Below, piece by piece: positions 7,655-15,957 of a stretch of 24,000 bases of DNA (position 1 is the first letter of the stretch; every line of letters starts with the position of its first letter). The notes beneath the pieces are model-generated. The model saw nothing but the letters and a program-made list of their open reading frames with translations. It did no database searches and was not told where the DNA came from. The stretch is from Mollicutes bacterium LVI A0039 (lineage in GTDB: Bacteria; Bacillota_I; Bacilli_A; UBA3375). The stretch is taken from contig CP136953.1 in NCBI GenBank assembly GCA_033103385.1, forward strand, positions 152,018 through 176,017, written 5' to 3'. The translations under genes were made by a program, and so were the position numbers.

Positions 7655-8419
7655 ATGAAAATATATTCTTGGAATGTGAATGGGATTCGCGCTGTTGCAA
7701 ATAAGGGGGAGTTGGATAATTTCTTTGATAAATTCGATCCAGAGATCTTATGTATTCAAGAGACGAAGGCGCAAGCGGAGCAGATTGCCGACACTTTATT
7801 GCAACGTGAAGGCTACCACAGCTACATTATGGATGCTCAAAAGAAAGGCTATAGTGGCGTATTAGTCTACACCAAAGCCGAAGCGCTGAGCGTTAGAAAC
7901 TGTGGAGTTGACGATTTTGATAACGAGGGACGATACATCGAACTGGAGTTTCCAGACTTTACACTAATCAACTGTTACTTCCCCAATTCTCAAGATAAGG
8001 GAAAACGTATCGATTATAAAATTGCGTTTAATGAAATGCTTCGCACGCGCACGGATGAGTTAACGGCTTTAGGGGTTAATGTCGTTGTCACGGGGGATTA
8101 TAATGTTGCTCACAATGAAATCGACTTAAAAAATCCGAAAACAAATACGAAAAACGCCGGATTCTTACCTGAGGAACGTGAATGGATGAGTAAGTTTTTA
8201 GCTGGTGGAATGGTCGATACCTTTAGGTACTTATACCCCGAAGAAGTTAAATACTCATGGTGGTCATACCGCTTTCAAGCTCGTGAAAAAAATACTGGGT
8301 GGCGAATTGATTACTTTTGTATCAACGAACTATTAAAACCGCAACTGGTTGACGCCCAAATTCATAATGATGTATTTGGTTCGGATCACTGCCCGGTTAG
8401 TGTTGAATTGAAAATCTAA
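7655..8419 (+). CDS. xth: Exodeoxyribonuclease III (AP endonuclease, Xth/ExoA family)
   Basis: 254 aa with MKIYSWNVNGIRA, ILCIQETK, VVTGDYNVAH, WRIDYF and GSDHCPV. All are hallmark EEP/ExoIII motifs. Confidence 0.9.
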   Translation: MKIYSWNVNGIRAVANKGELDNFFDKFDPEILCIQETKAQAEQIADTLLQREGYHSYIMDAQKKGYSGVLVYTKAEALSVRNCGVDDFDNEGRYIELEFPDFTLINCYFPNSQDKGKRIDYKIAFNEMLRTRTDELTALGVNVVVTGDYNVAHNEIDLKNPKTNTKNAGFLPEEREWMSKFLAGGMVDTFRYLYPEEVKYSWWSYRFQAREKNTGWRIDYFCINELLKPQLVDAQIHNDVFGSDHCPVSVELKI

Positions 8420-8429
8420 TATAGTAATA

Positions 8430-8480
8430 AAAGTAAAGTTTCCCTGAACACCACTGTTCAAATTAACTTTACTTTTTTTA
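8430..8480. terminator. Bidirectional terminator between convergent xth and the lipoprotein gene
   Basis: Composite hairpin. Outer arms are AAAGTAAAGTT (8430-8440) and AACTTTACTTT (8465-8475). Inner arms are TGAACA (8445-8450) and TGTTCA (8455-8460). A T-run follows on the + strand. Confidence 0.7.
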
Positions 8481-8481
8481 T

Positions 8482-8901
8482 TTAACGGATTGTTGATAGC
8501 ACGGCCTCACCGGGCTCCTTGGCAACTATTTTAAAATATGTATAACCTTCAGCATTATCATATGTATAACTACTATTTGCATCTAAGTTCACACTTGCAA
8601 CCATTTCAGCAGAAGCTATGTCGGTAATTTCCGCTTTAGAGCCGTATAAGGTAATTTCCAGCTCATCACTCGCCGAAATTGTAATAGGATTCGTATTATC
8701 AAAAGTTGGATACTCTCCTACTACTTGATCACTATACGCAAAGTCATATTCTAAATCCAATTTGATGTTTGCTGAACTTTGCAATTTATTGATTGACTCA
8801 ACTTCCAATTTCCCGGAATCGATGCCACTTGATTGTGGTTCGGTACTACTACACCCACTAAGCATTAACATCATTACAAGCAATATTATTTTCTTATTCA
8901 T
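8482..8901 (-). CDS. Small lipoprotein of unknown function
   Basis: The preferred start is MNKKIILLVMMLMLSGCSS, a signal peptide with lipobox L-S-G-C. A GAAGGGTGA SD lies upstream, and the start is 4 nt after the stop of the preceding gene. The mature part of ~120 aa has no motifs I recognise. The longer ORF-track start (8955) overlaps the upstream gene and lacks an SD. Confidence 0.7.
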   Translation of the reverse strand: MNKKIILLVMMLMLSGCSSTEPQSSGIDSGKLEVESINKLQSSANIKLDLEYDFAYSDQVVGEYPTFDNTNPITISASDELEITLYGSKAEITDIASAEMVASVNLDANSSYTYDNAEGYTYFKIVAKEPGEAVLSTIR

Positions 8902-8905
8902 CTGA

Positions 8906-9553
8906 TTAGTCACCCTTCTTGATTTGAATTTGATACTGTACTTTTTTACTTTCACTATACGAAAAAAAGATTAGATATATGACGATCGCCATTGTTAGAA
9001 TTACTAACACCTTAGCAACGTGAACATGTTGGAACACTGTTAAAACGACGACGATCAATGCTAAACCATACAAAAGTTTTTGAGCACGCATATGTACTTT
9101 ATGCCAAATATATGGTTCACTTAACGTCCAGCGATTTTTAAATCCAATCACTTGATTATGACTAATATGTTGCAGTGTATAGCCCACGTAAAAGATAATA
9201 AAGGCAGCGGTAAAACCTAAAATAAGTTTTTCATTGATGTTTAATAACTGCGATGCAATTATGAGAATGTACAGCAACTGAAACGCAAAACATAGCAAAA
9301 ACTTTAGGCGATCGTAGTAGCGAATGAACGGTTTGATTTCTTCTGCCTCAATTGTGGCGATCAAGTCCATCGTTCCCACAACAATAAATGGAATAAAACC
9401 AATTAAAATCAAGTTACTTTTGGCTAGATGCATAGAGCCACTACTATCGATCGCGTAGTAAGCAATCAACTCGGAATTATACCGCAATACATACATACCG
9501 ATACCGATGCTAATTACGTTTATCACTAAAATAAGATAACTAGATTTTCGCAT
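8906..9553 (-). CDS. Six-TM membrane protein, SdpI/YhfL-like (DUF1648 + SdpI architecture)
   Basis: 215 aa with six predicted hydrophobic helices. The loop HNQVIGFKNRWTLSEPYIWHKVHMRAQKLL resembles the SdpI-family motif (N..iG.R..WTL....W.k.Hr.a.kl). This family call is from memory of the motif, not from a search. Confidence 0.5.
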   Translation of the reverse strand: MRKSSYLILVINVISIGIGMYVLRYNSELIAYYAIDSSGSMHLAKSNLILIGFIPFIVVGTMDLIATIEAEEIKPFIRYYDRLKFLLCFAFQLLYILIIASQLLNINEKLILGFTAAFIIFYVGYTLQHISHNQVIGFKNRWTLSEPYIWHKVHMRAQKLLYGLALIVVVLTVFQHVHVAKVLVILTMAIVIYLIFFSYSESKKVQYQIQIKKGD

Positions 9554-9562
9554 ATGTCTCCT

Positions 9563-10078
9563 TTATAGTCTAACTTCTCTTTTTATCGCTCTACTTATAA
9601 ATTTTTCTCGATTCGATTTAATACTTAAATCACTATCTAAGATTTTGGAGTAATTGTTTGGAAAAAGCATCGCCATCAGAATTATCGAGATGATCGCCGT
9701 CTCTTTAATCCGGTTTACTTCTCCAAAATCCGCTTCGTATACTTGATCGATAATTATGTAGTTTTGCAAGACAATTGTTCCGATAATTGTATCGACCATT
9801 TCAAATGTGACATTGGTAGAAACATCACCGAATAAATCGTACATCCCATTACCAAAAGAAAACATTAGATGTTCAAAACTTTTTAAAGATTCCGGTGTAA
9901 TAATTTGTTTAAGCTTATACTTTAAAAACTCACGATATAGATTTTCTTGATTGTTAAACTGGTAACTAATTGTTGAGGGTGCAATATTTAAATTACTTGC
10001 TAATTTACGAAAACTGCACTCTTCATGCTCCGTACATATCAACCGATCCATTTCTTTTAGTATCAATTCTTTTCTCAT
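9563..10078 (-). CDS. TetR-like transcriptional regulator (divergent HTH)
   Basis: 171 aa. The N-terminal segment CSFRKLASNLNIAPSTISYQFNNQENLYREF fits the TetR HTH pattern (s.r.iA...gvs.gtlY.hF..Ke.L). The C-terminal half is not recognisable. Confidence 0.55.
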   Translation of the reverse strand: MRKELILKEMDRLICTEHEECSFRKLASNLNIAPSTISYQFNNQENLYREFLKYKLKQIITPESLKSFEHLMFSFGNGMYDLFGDVSTNVTFEMVDTIIGTIVLQNYIIIDQVYEADFGEVNRIKETAIISIILMAMLFPNNYSKILDSDLSIKSNREKFISRAIKREVRL

Positions 10079-10103
10079 TTTTCCACCATGCTTTTTTCTT
10101 TAA

Positions 10104-10112
10104 ATTATACCA
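10104..10112 (-). promoter_or_regulatory. Candidate extended -10 promoter for the TetR-like/SdpI-like/lipoprotein operon
   Basis: On the minus strand TGgTATAAT lies about 25 nt upstream of the ATG at 10078. No good -35 element is present. Confidence 0.35.
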
Positions 10113-10143
10113 TATGCCCCTATCGAGGTGAGGATAAACATGC

Positions 10144-11463
10144 TCATATTAACTTTTTATTAACCGCTAAAGCGGCTAGTGTCACTAAATAATAACTTAA
10201 TAGCACAGCAGCAAATAAACCGTAAACATCAAATAGTTTAAAACCAAGAATTCCCAGTGGCATCGCCACTACCAGCAGCTGTAATCCACCTAGAATTGTC
10301 GCAATCCATGGTTTTCCTTGTACATTATAAAATGATGTTGAAATCATAAACATACTTTGCATCGGATACGATAATGGGAGAATACGTAGATAGATTACTA
10401 CGATATCGATTACTTCTTGGCTGTCTGTAAAAATTCGCGCAAAGTATGGTGCTCCCCAAAACAAGATAATATAGAGCACACTGAAGATGATAACGGAAAA
10501 CTTATTTAAAATTGCTAGCGCTTCTTTAGCTCGGGCTTTGTTGCCCGCTCCTAAGTTCTGTCCTAAGACCGCCATTGCTGTGTTCCCAAGCGCAACAGCG
10601 ATAGCGACGACAAACGATTCAATTTTGGTTCCGACACCATAACCAGCGACCGCCATTTGACTTTGCGTTGCGAGCGAGGCGGTAATCATCGTCACAATTA
10701 ACGGATTAACAATTTTCGTTAGCGAGTTTGGTACACCGATAATAAAAATTCGTTTAGCGCAACCAAGCATATACCGAAAGTCGAGCGCTTGAAAGTGAAT
10801 CACATTGTATTTCTTATGCAAGTAGTAAAAAAACATCGTACAAGTAAACATTCGAGAAATCACCGTTGCAATTGAGGCTCCAGCAATTCCTAAGGCCGGA
10901 AATGAGAGTAATCCAAAGATCATAATTGGATCTAAAATGGTATTGATAATTGCTGATAAAATCATTAAGTTGGCTGGAGTTTTAGTGTCACCAAGGCCTC
11001 TAAATATTTGTCCTCCAACCATCGACATAAATAAAAATGTACAACCTAAATACCAGGGAACCATATAACTCTTAACAAGGGGCAGGGTATTACTATCAGC
11101 TCCAAGCGCTCGAAATAACGGATCGATTGTCAGTGACCCGATAACCGAAATAGTCAGGGCAAGGGCCAGTGACATCGCAATCCCGGTCATAATAATATGT
11201 ACCTTATCCTTCTCGTTACCTTGACCGACTGCTTTTGAAACAAGAGCACCAATTCCCGCTCCCAGACCAATCGTAATTAAATTGACAAGCATTACGATTG
11301 AGAATGTAAATGACATTGCCGCCAGTTCATAACCACCGATTATTGATACAAAGTATGTATCGATAATATTAAAGATATTCATTCCCAGCATCCCGATGTA
11401 ACCTGGAATCGTTAGATTTATCATTGTTTTCTTCAAATCACCAGTTAAAATTTGTTCTTGCAT
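10144..11463 (-). CDS. MATE-family efflux transporter (copy 1)
   Basis: About 439 aa from MQEQILTGDLKKTMINLTIPGYIGML, a typical MATE N-terminus, with an AAAGGGGAG SD. Twelve hydrophobic segments are predicted. The 20-aa upstream extension in the ORF track lacks an SD. Confidence 0.8.
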   Translation of the reverse strand: MQEQILTGDLKKTMINLTIPGYIGMLGMNIFNIIDTYFVSIIGGYELAAMSFTFSIVMLVNLITIGLGAGIGALVSKAVGQGNEKDKVHIIMTGIAMSLALALTISVIGSLTIDPLFRALGADSNTLPLVKSYMVPWYLGCTFLFMSMVGGQIFRGLGDTKTPANLMILSAIINTILDPIMIFGLLSFPALGIAGASIATVISRMFTCTMFFYYLHKKYNVIHFQALDFRYMLGCAKRIFIIGVPNSLTKIVNPLIVTMITASLATQSQMAVAGYGVGTKIESFVVAIAVALGNTAMAVLGQNLGAGNKARAKEALAILNKFSVIIFSVLYIILFWGAPYFARIFTDSQEVIDIVVIYLRILPLSYPMQSMFMISTSFYNVQGKPWIATILGGLQLLVVAMPLGILGFKLFDVYGLFAAVLLSYYLVTLAALAVNKKLI

Positions 11464-11475
11464 ATTTCTCCCCTT

Positions 11476-11545
11476 TTGAACAGTCGTTATAATAATGATA
11501 GCACTTATAACTGCCATAGTCAAACAAATTATAACAACTGTTCAA
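11476..11545. promoter_or_regulatory. Divergent promoter/operator region with an 18-bp inverted repeat
   Basis: The arms TTGAACAGTCGTTATAAT (11476-11493) and ATTATAACAACTGTTCAA (11528-11545) are complementary at 17 of 18 positions. The MATE promoter on the minus strand is TTGACT (11518-11523), 17 nt, TATCAT (11495-11500). The tetR promoter on the + strand is TGgTATAAT (11550-11558). Confidence 0.55.
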
Positions 11546-11577
11546 ATTATGGTATAATACGGATAAAGGAGCTAATA

Positions 11578-12093
11578 ATGAAAAAAACAATCTACTATGA
11601 TGCCATTTTGGAGCTTAGCGCTGTTAAAAGTTTAGCGACAATTAGTGTTCGAGATATTGCCACGCACTTAGGGATATCAACTGGTTCTTTGTACTATCAT
11701 TTTACAAACAAAGATGATTTAGTAACGCAGATGTTTTGTTTTTATAAAAAGCAGTTAGATGAGTTTTTAGACAATGCTAAACCTGACGCCGAATTGCTCC
11801 TAACTGAATACCTAGAGTTTTATGAAGCACGTACCGGACAATTCAAATTTGTCTACTCCAGTGAACTCGGTAATATTTTAAGTCAAGATGCACTTGATTA
11901 CTCACTGCAAATTCATTTAAAGTTTCTCGACAAGTTGGGACTCGACTTTAAAACTGATGCCCACATTACGACGATTATCTTTGGAACGATCAGGGCGTAT
12001 TTACTTGCTCCCGACTATATGCATAAATGCGATCAAACTTTAATGATCAAAGAGTTAGTTACAATCTTAAACGCGCACAAACAGCAGTCATAA
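11578..12093 (+). CDS. TetR/AcrR-family transcriptional regulator
   Basis: 171 aa from MKKTIYYDAILEL, with an AAAGGAG SD. It has a canonical TetR HTH, SVRDIATHLGISTGSLYYHFTNKDDL. It is divergent from MATE copy 1. Confidence 0.85.
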   Translation: MKKTIYYDAILELSAVKSLATISVRDIATHLGISTGSLYYHFTNKDDLVTQMFCFYKKQLDEFLDNAKPDAELLLTEYLEFYEARTGQFKFVYSSELGNILSQDALDYSLQIHLKFLDKLGLDFKTDAHITTIIFGTIRAYLLAPDYMHKCDQTLMIKELVTILNAHKQQS

Positions 12094-12127
12094 AAAGAGA
12101 TTTCTCAATAAATGAGAAATCTTTTTT
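12092..12127. terminator. Bidirectional terminator between convergent tetR and malQ
   Basis: 10-bp stem AGATTTCTCA (12098-12107) / TGAGAAATCT (12113-12122) with loop ATAAA, flanked by an A-run and a T-run. Confidence 0.8.
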
Positions 12128-12128
12128 A

Positions 12129-13556
12129 TTATCTATTGTATTTTTCGATTAATGCCTTAGTATGTTCTACACTTTGCTCAAAACTATTTAATTCTGTTAA
12201 CTTCCAAGTCCAATTGTGTTCTCCGATAGTTCCCGGAACATTAAATCTTGCCGTGTCATCTAAAAGCAACACATCTTGAATTGGTAAAACAACAAGATTG
12301 GCAACTGATTTAAAACTATCTTCAATAATTCCCGTTAATGGATTTGCTCCAAAGCGGCTTTGTAAGTTACTTTGTTCCGCAGCTGATAGTTCCTCATACC
12401 AACCTTTTAATGTTTGATTATCATGAGTTCCCGTATACACAATTAAATTTTCATAATCTTCAAAGTTATTATTTGTTTCGTTTGGATCTAAACTAAATTG
12501 AATAATCTTCATTCCTGTTAAACCAAAATCATCACGTAATTGATAAACTTCCGGACGCATATCTCCTAAATCTTCAACGACAATTTCATCTGTTGTGAAG
12601 TGGTTAAAGATCACGTTAAATAACGCGTGACCTGGTGCTTCTAACCACTCTCCGTTACGCGCTGTTGTATCACCAGCTGGAATCTTCCAGTAAGTGTCAA
12701 AGGCACGGAAGTGATCAACACGAATAACATCGTACATGCTACGGTTATGGCGGAAACGCTCAATCCAGAATTCAAAATTGTTTGCCTCTAATTGTTCCCA
12801 ATCATATAGTGGATTTCCCCATAGTTGTCCATCTTCTGAAAAATAATCTGGTGGTACACCTGCAACGTGTGTTGGACGACCTGATTCATCTAGTAGATAA
12901 TTTGAACGTTTTGCCCAAACATCGTGCGAATCAATCGACACGTATATTGGAATATCTCCAATAATTTTAAGTCCTAGATCATTAGCAAATTGCTTGTATT
13001 TAAACCATTGGTCAAACAGGATGAATTGACTAAACTTATAAAAGTCTAAATCATCTTGATTAAACTCATAGCTTAGATTATCATACTCTTTGGCCGCATC
13101 TTCCCACTCGTACCAAATTTTTGATTCATCACGACTTTTTAAAACCATAAATTGCGCATAGTCTTCAACCCACTGATGGTCGTTTAAGAACGCTGCAAAG
13201 CTTTCATCTTTGCTAAATTTTGCAAATGCTTTTTTTAAACAAGCGTTTTTTAAATTACGCGCTGCCGTATAATCCGCCTTGTTTTGTGGTTCAAAAGCTT
13301 CAGGAGCATCAGTAAGTAAACCTCTTGCTACTAAATCATCGATATCAACATAAATCGGATCAATCGCTGACGACGAATATGATTGATACGGAGAGTTTCC
13401 GTATCCGACTGGATTTAATGGTAATACTTGAAGCATCTTAAATCCACTTTCGTTGGCAATCTTTGTTAACTTGTATAGTTCTTGCCCAAAATCACCAACA
13501 CCATATTTACCTGGTGTGGCTGATATTGGAATTAGTAATCCTGCTTGTCTATTCAT
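12129..13556 (-). CDS. malQ: 4-alpha-glucanotransferase (amylomaltase, GH77)
   Basis: 475 aa with GVGDFG, IRVDHFRAF, VVEDLGD and YTGTHDNQT. The ATG overlaps the glgP TAA (TAATG). Confidence 0.9.
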   Translation of the reverse strand: MNRQAGLLIPISATPGKYGVGDFGQELYKLTKIANESGFKMLQVLPLNPVGYGNSPYQSYSSSAIDPIYVDIDDLVARGLLTDAPEAFEPQNKADYTAARNLKNACLKKAFAKFSKDESFAAFLNDHQWVEDYAQFMVLKSRDESKIWYEWEDAAKEYDNLSYEFNQDDLDFYKFSQFILFDQWFKYKQFANDLGLKIIGDIPIYVSIDSHDVWAKRSNYLLDESGRPTHVAGVPPDYFSEDGQLWGNPLYDWEQLEANNFEFWIERFRHNRSMYDVIRVDHFRAFDTYWKIPAGDTTARNGEWLEAPGHALFNVIFNHFTTDEIVVEDLGDMRPEVYQLRDDFGLTGMKIIQFSLDPNETNNNFEDYENLIVYTGTHDNQTLKGWYEELSAAEQSNLQSRFGANPLTGIIEDSFKSVANLVVLPIQDVLLLDDTARFNVPGTIGEHNWTWKLTELNSFEQSVEHTKALIEKYNR

Positions 13557-15793
13557 TATTCACCTAATTTCCATACTTCACGTTCATAATCAGCAATTGT
13601 ACGATCAGACGAGAAGTATCCTGCTTTACTTATATTAACTAATGACATTTGTTGCCATTTTTTCGTATCACTATAATCTTCATACATCTTATTTTTCACA
13701 GTAATGTACTCTTCAATATCAATTAATGTCATAAACCAGTCTTTACTAATGATTTCATGGTGCAGACGCGCTAAGTTTTCACTTGATCCGACAGCAACCA
13801 TCTCATCACTATTTATGAAGTCAACTAATTTTGCAATATCTGGATTAGCCATAAAGTCTTTAGATACGTAGCTTCCTTCTTCATACTTTTTAATAATCTC
13901 ATCACTAGAACGACCAAATACATACATGTTGTCACTACCAACTAAGTCGTGAATCTCAACATTAGCACCATCCATAGTTCCAATTGTAACTGCCCCATTT
14001 AACATAAACTTCATGTTTCCTGTACCACTAGCTTCTTTACTTGCTAGTGAGATTTGTTCACTAATGTTTGCTGCTGGGAATAGTTTTTCTGCATACGTTA
14101 CATTGTAGTTTTGAACGAATACTACTTTTAAGTATTTACTTAATAATTCATCCTGCTCAATAATTGATTGCACACATAAAATTGCATGAATAATATCTTG
14201 GGCAATTGTATACGCTGGTGCAGCTTTACCACCAAAGATCATCGTAATTGGTGTTGTCGGATAGTTACCTGAGCGAATTTCCATAATTTTATTAATCGCA
14301 AACAGTAAGTTCATTTGCTGACGCTTATACTCGTGCATACGTTTAATTTGGATATCGAAAATTGAGTTAGGGTCAATTGTAATTCCTTCTTTTTCGAAAA
14401 TGTAATCACTTAATTCAACTTTTCTTAAATGTTTAATTTCCGCAAGTTTATTAGCAACTTCTTGATCATCTTGATACTTTAATAGGTCTTCTAAACGATC
14501 AGCAAAGTAGTGATACTCTCCACCGATTAAACTGTCGATGTATTCCTTAAGTTCCGGGTTTGCTTTCATTAACCAACGTCTAAACGTAATTCCGTTAGTT
14601 TTTGAGTTAAAACGCTCTGGATAAACTTCATAGAAGTGGTTTAATTCACTTTCTTTTAAAATATCTGTATGCAGCGCTGCTACACCATTTGTACTAAATG
14701 TAAAGTGAATACATAAATGCGCCATATGTACACGTCCACTCTCATCGATAATCGCTAGTTTTGGATCGTTGAACTTAGCGTTCACGATGTCGTTTAAACG
14801 TTCGATAATTGGCATTAAGTGAGGAACAACTTGATCTAAGAATGAACGGTCCCATTTTTCTAATGCTTCAGCTAAGATTGTGTGGTTTGTATATGCACAT
14901 GTTTGACTAGCAATCTCAATTGCTGCTTCTAACTCGATTCCACGCTTAGTTAATTGGTAGATAAGTTCTGGAATAACTAATGTTGGGTGAGTATCGTTAA
15001 TTTGAATTACAACATGTTTGTGTAAATCAGCAAGCTCGTGACCTTTTGCTTGTTCTTCTTCAAAAATTAATTGCACGGCGTTACTTACCATAAAGTATTG
15101 TTGGTAAATACGTAGCAATTCACCGTTACGGTCTGAATCATCTGGGTATAAGAATAACGTTAAGTTTTTAAGAATATCTTCTTTATCAAAGTCAATACCT
15201 GTGTTTACAAGCGACTCATCAATACTTTCAATATCAAATAAACGTAAGTTATTATATCCACCATTAAATCCTAAAACTGGAATATTATATAATTTTGATT
15301 TTGCTGTAAATGTTTGGAAATCAACATCGAATCCAATATTAGTTTCTTCTAAAATTGAACGATCATCAATCCATGGATTAACAACTGCTTGTTGTTTTAA
15401 GTCTTCAAATTGCTGTTTGAATAATCCAAAGTGGTACAGTAACCCAACACCTTCACCACTTAAGTTTAGTGTCGATAATGAATCAATAAAACATGCAGCT
15501 AAACGCCCAAGTCCACCATTACCAAGTGAAGGTTCACTTTCAAGTTCTTCAATATCAGATAATGAAAAACCGTTTTCTTTAAGTTCCTTACGAACATCAT
15601 CAAATAATCCTAAGTTAATTAAGTTATTTGATAGCATTTTACCAATCAAGAATTCACTTGAAATATAGTACAATTTACGATCACCTTCTATTTTTTTGAA
15701 ATCGCTTTTAATCTTTTCATTACAGATTTTTAATAATTCAACATAAACCTCTTCGTTTGTGTAATTAGATATATCATTTTTAAATACTTTCAT
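13556..15793 (-). CDS. glgP: Alpha-glucan (glycogen/maltodextrin) phosphorylase, GT35
   Basis: 745 aa with GNGGLGRLAACFIDS, and EASGTGNMKFMLNGA carrying the pyridoxal-phosphate lysine. Confidence 0.9.
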   Translation of the reverse strand: MKVFKNDISNYTNEEVYVELLKICNEKIKSDFKKIEGDRKLYYISSEFLIGKMLSNNLINLGLFDDVRKELKENGFSLSDIEELESEPSLGNGGLGRLAACFIDSLSTLNLSGEGVGLLYHFGLFKQQFEDLKQQAVVNPWIDDRSILEETNIGFDVDFQTFTAKSKLYNIPVLGFNGGYNNLRLFDIESIDESLVNTGIDFDKEDILKNLTLFLYPDDSDRNGELLRIYQQYFMVSNAVQLIFEEEQAKGHELADLHKHVVIQINDTHPTLVIPELIYQLTKRGIELEAAIEIASQTCAYTNHTILAEALEKWDRSFLDQVVPHLMPIIERLNDIVNAKFNDPKLAIIDESGRVHMAHLCIHFTFSTNGVAALHTDILKESELNHFYEVYPERFNSKTNGITFRRWLMKANPELKEYIDSLIGGEYHYFADRLEDLLKYQDDQEVANKLAEIKHLRKVELSDYIFEKEGITIDPNSIFDIQIKRMHEYKRQQMNLLFAINKIMEIRSGNYPTTPITMIFGGKAAPAYTIAQDIIHAILCVQSIIEQDELLSKYLKVVFVQNYNVTYAEKLFPAANISEQISLASKEASGTGNMKFMLNGAVTIGTMDGANVEIHDLVGSDNMYVFGRSSDEIIKKYEEGSYVSKDFMANPDIAKLVDFINSDEMVAVGSSENLARLHHEIISKDWFMTLIDIEEYITVKNKMYEDYSDTKKWQQMSLVNISKAGYFSSDRTIADYEREVWKLGE

Positions 15794-15815
15794 CTTTTCT
15801 CCTTGTTTGTATATC

Positions 15816-15829
15816 GGAAATCGGTTTCC
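15816..15829. promoter_or_regulatory. cre-like / LacI-family-type palindromic operator in the glgP-malQ leader
   Basis: GGAAACCGATTTCC on the minus strand is a perfect GGAAA/TTTCC inverted repeat around a central CG. It matches 12 of 14 positions of the cre consensus TGWAANCGNTNWCA. It lies between the candidate -10 and the SD. Confidence 0.4.
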
Positions 15830-15860
15830 TTAATGTTTAAAAAAAAATTAACTCAAGATT

Positions 15861-15889
15861 ATAATAACATATTGGCACATCTATTTCAA
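15861..15889 (-). promoter_or_regulatory. Candidate sigma-A promoter of glgP-malQ
   Basis: On the minus strand: TTGAAA (15884-15889), a 17-nt spacer, then TATTAT (15861-15866). Confidence 0.5.
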
Positions 15890-15930
15890 CTGTTTTGTAA
15901 ATATTTTCTCAAATGTTGCGATATTCAAAT

Positions 15931-15957
15931 AAAAAAAGACTTAGAATAATCTAAGCC
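15931..15957 (-). terminator. Probable terminator after MATE copy 2
   Basis: On the minus strand GGCTTAGATTATTCTAAGTC is followed by TTTTTTT. The 6-bp stem is CTTAGA/TCTAAG, and the hairpin overlaps the TAG stop. Confidence 0.5.

Noticed and set aside
7541-12130. Genomic island integrated at the 3' end of ssrA
   Set aside because: There is no integrase, recombinase or phage gene. I could find no direct repeat of the tmRNA 3' end; only a 7-nt TCCACCA match at 10082-10088, which is expected by chance. ssrA has its own strong terminator, followed by the housekeeping gene xth.
12782-13638. Plus-strand ORFs 12782-12964 and 13453-13638, plus similar short ORFs at 7680-7865, 17110-17301, 18292-18740, 20949-21146 and 23079-23276
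   Set aside because: All are 60-91 aa and embedded in well-supported genes, either antisense or out of frame. None has an SD or a recognisable motif.
15201-15668. 155-aa plus-strand ORF antisense to glgP
   Set aside because: The Ser/Pro/Asn-rich, low-complexity translation is typical of the antisense frame of an AT-rich gene. It has no SD or promoter, and glgP on the other strand has unmistakable phosphorylase motifs.
15905-15930. Second possible cre/operator (TTGAATATCGCAACA on the minus strand) upstream of the glgP promoter
   Set aside because: When centred on its CG, it matches the cre consensus poorly and is not a palindrome.
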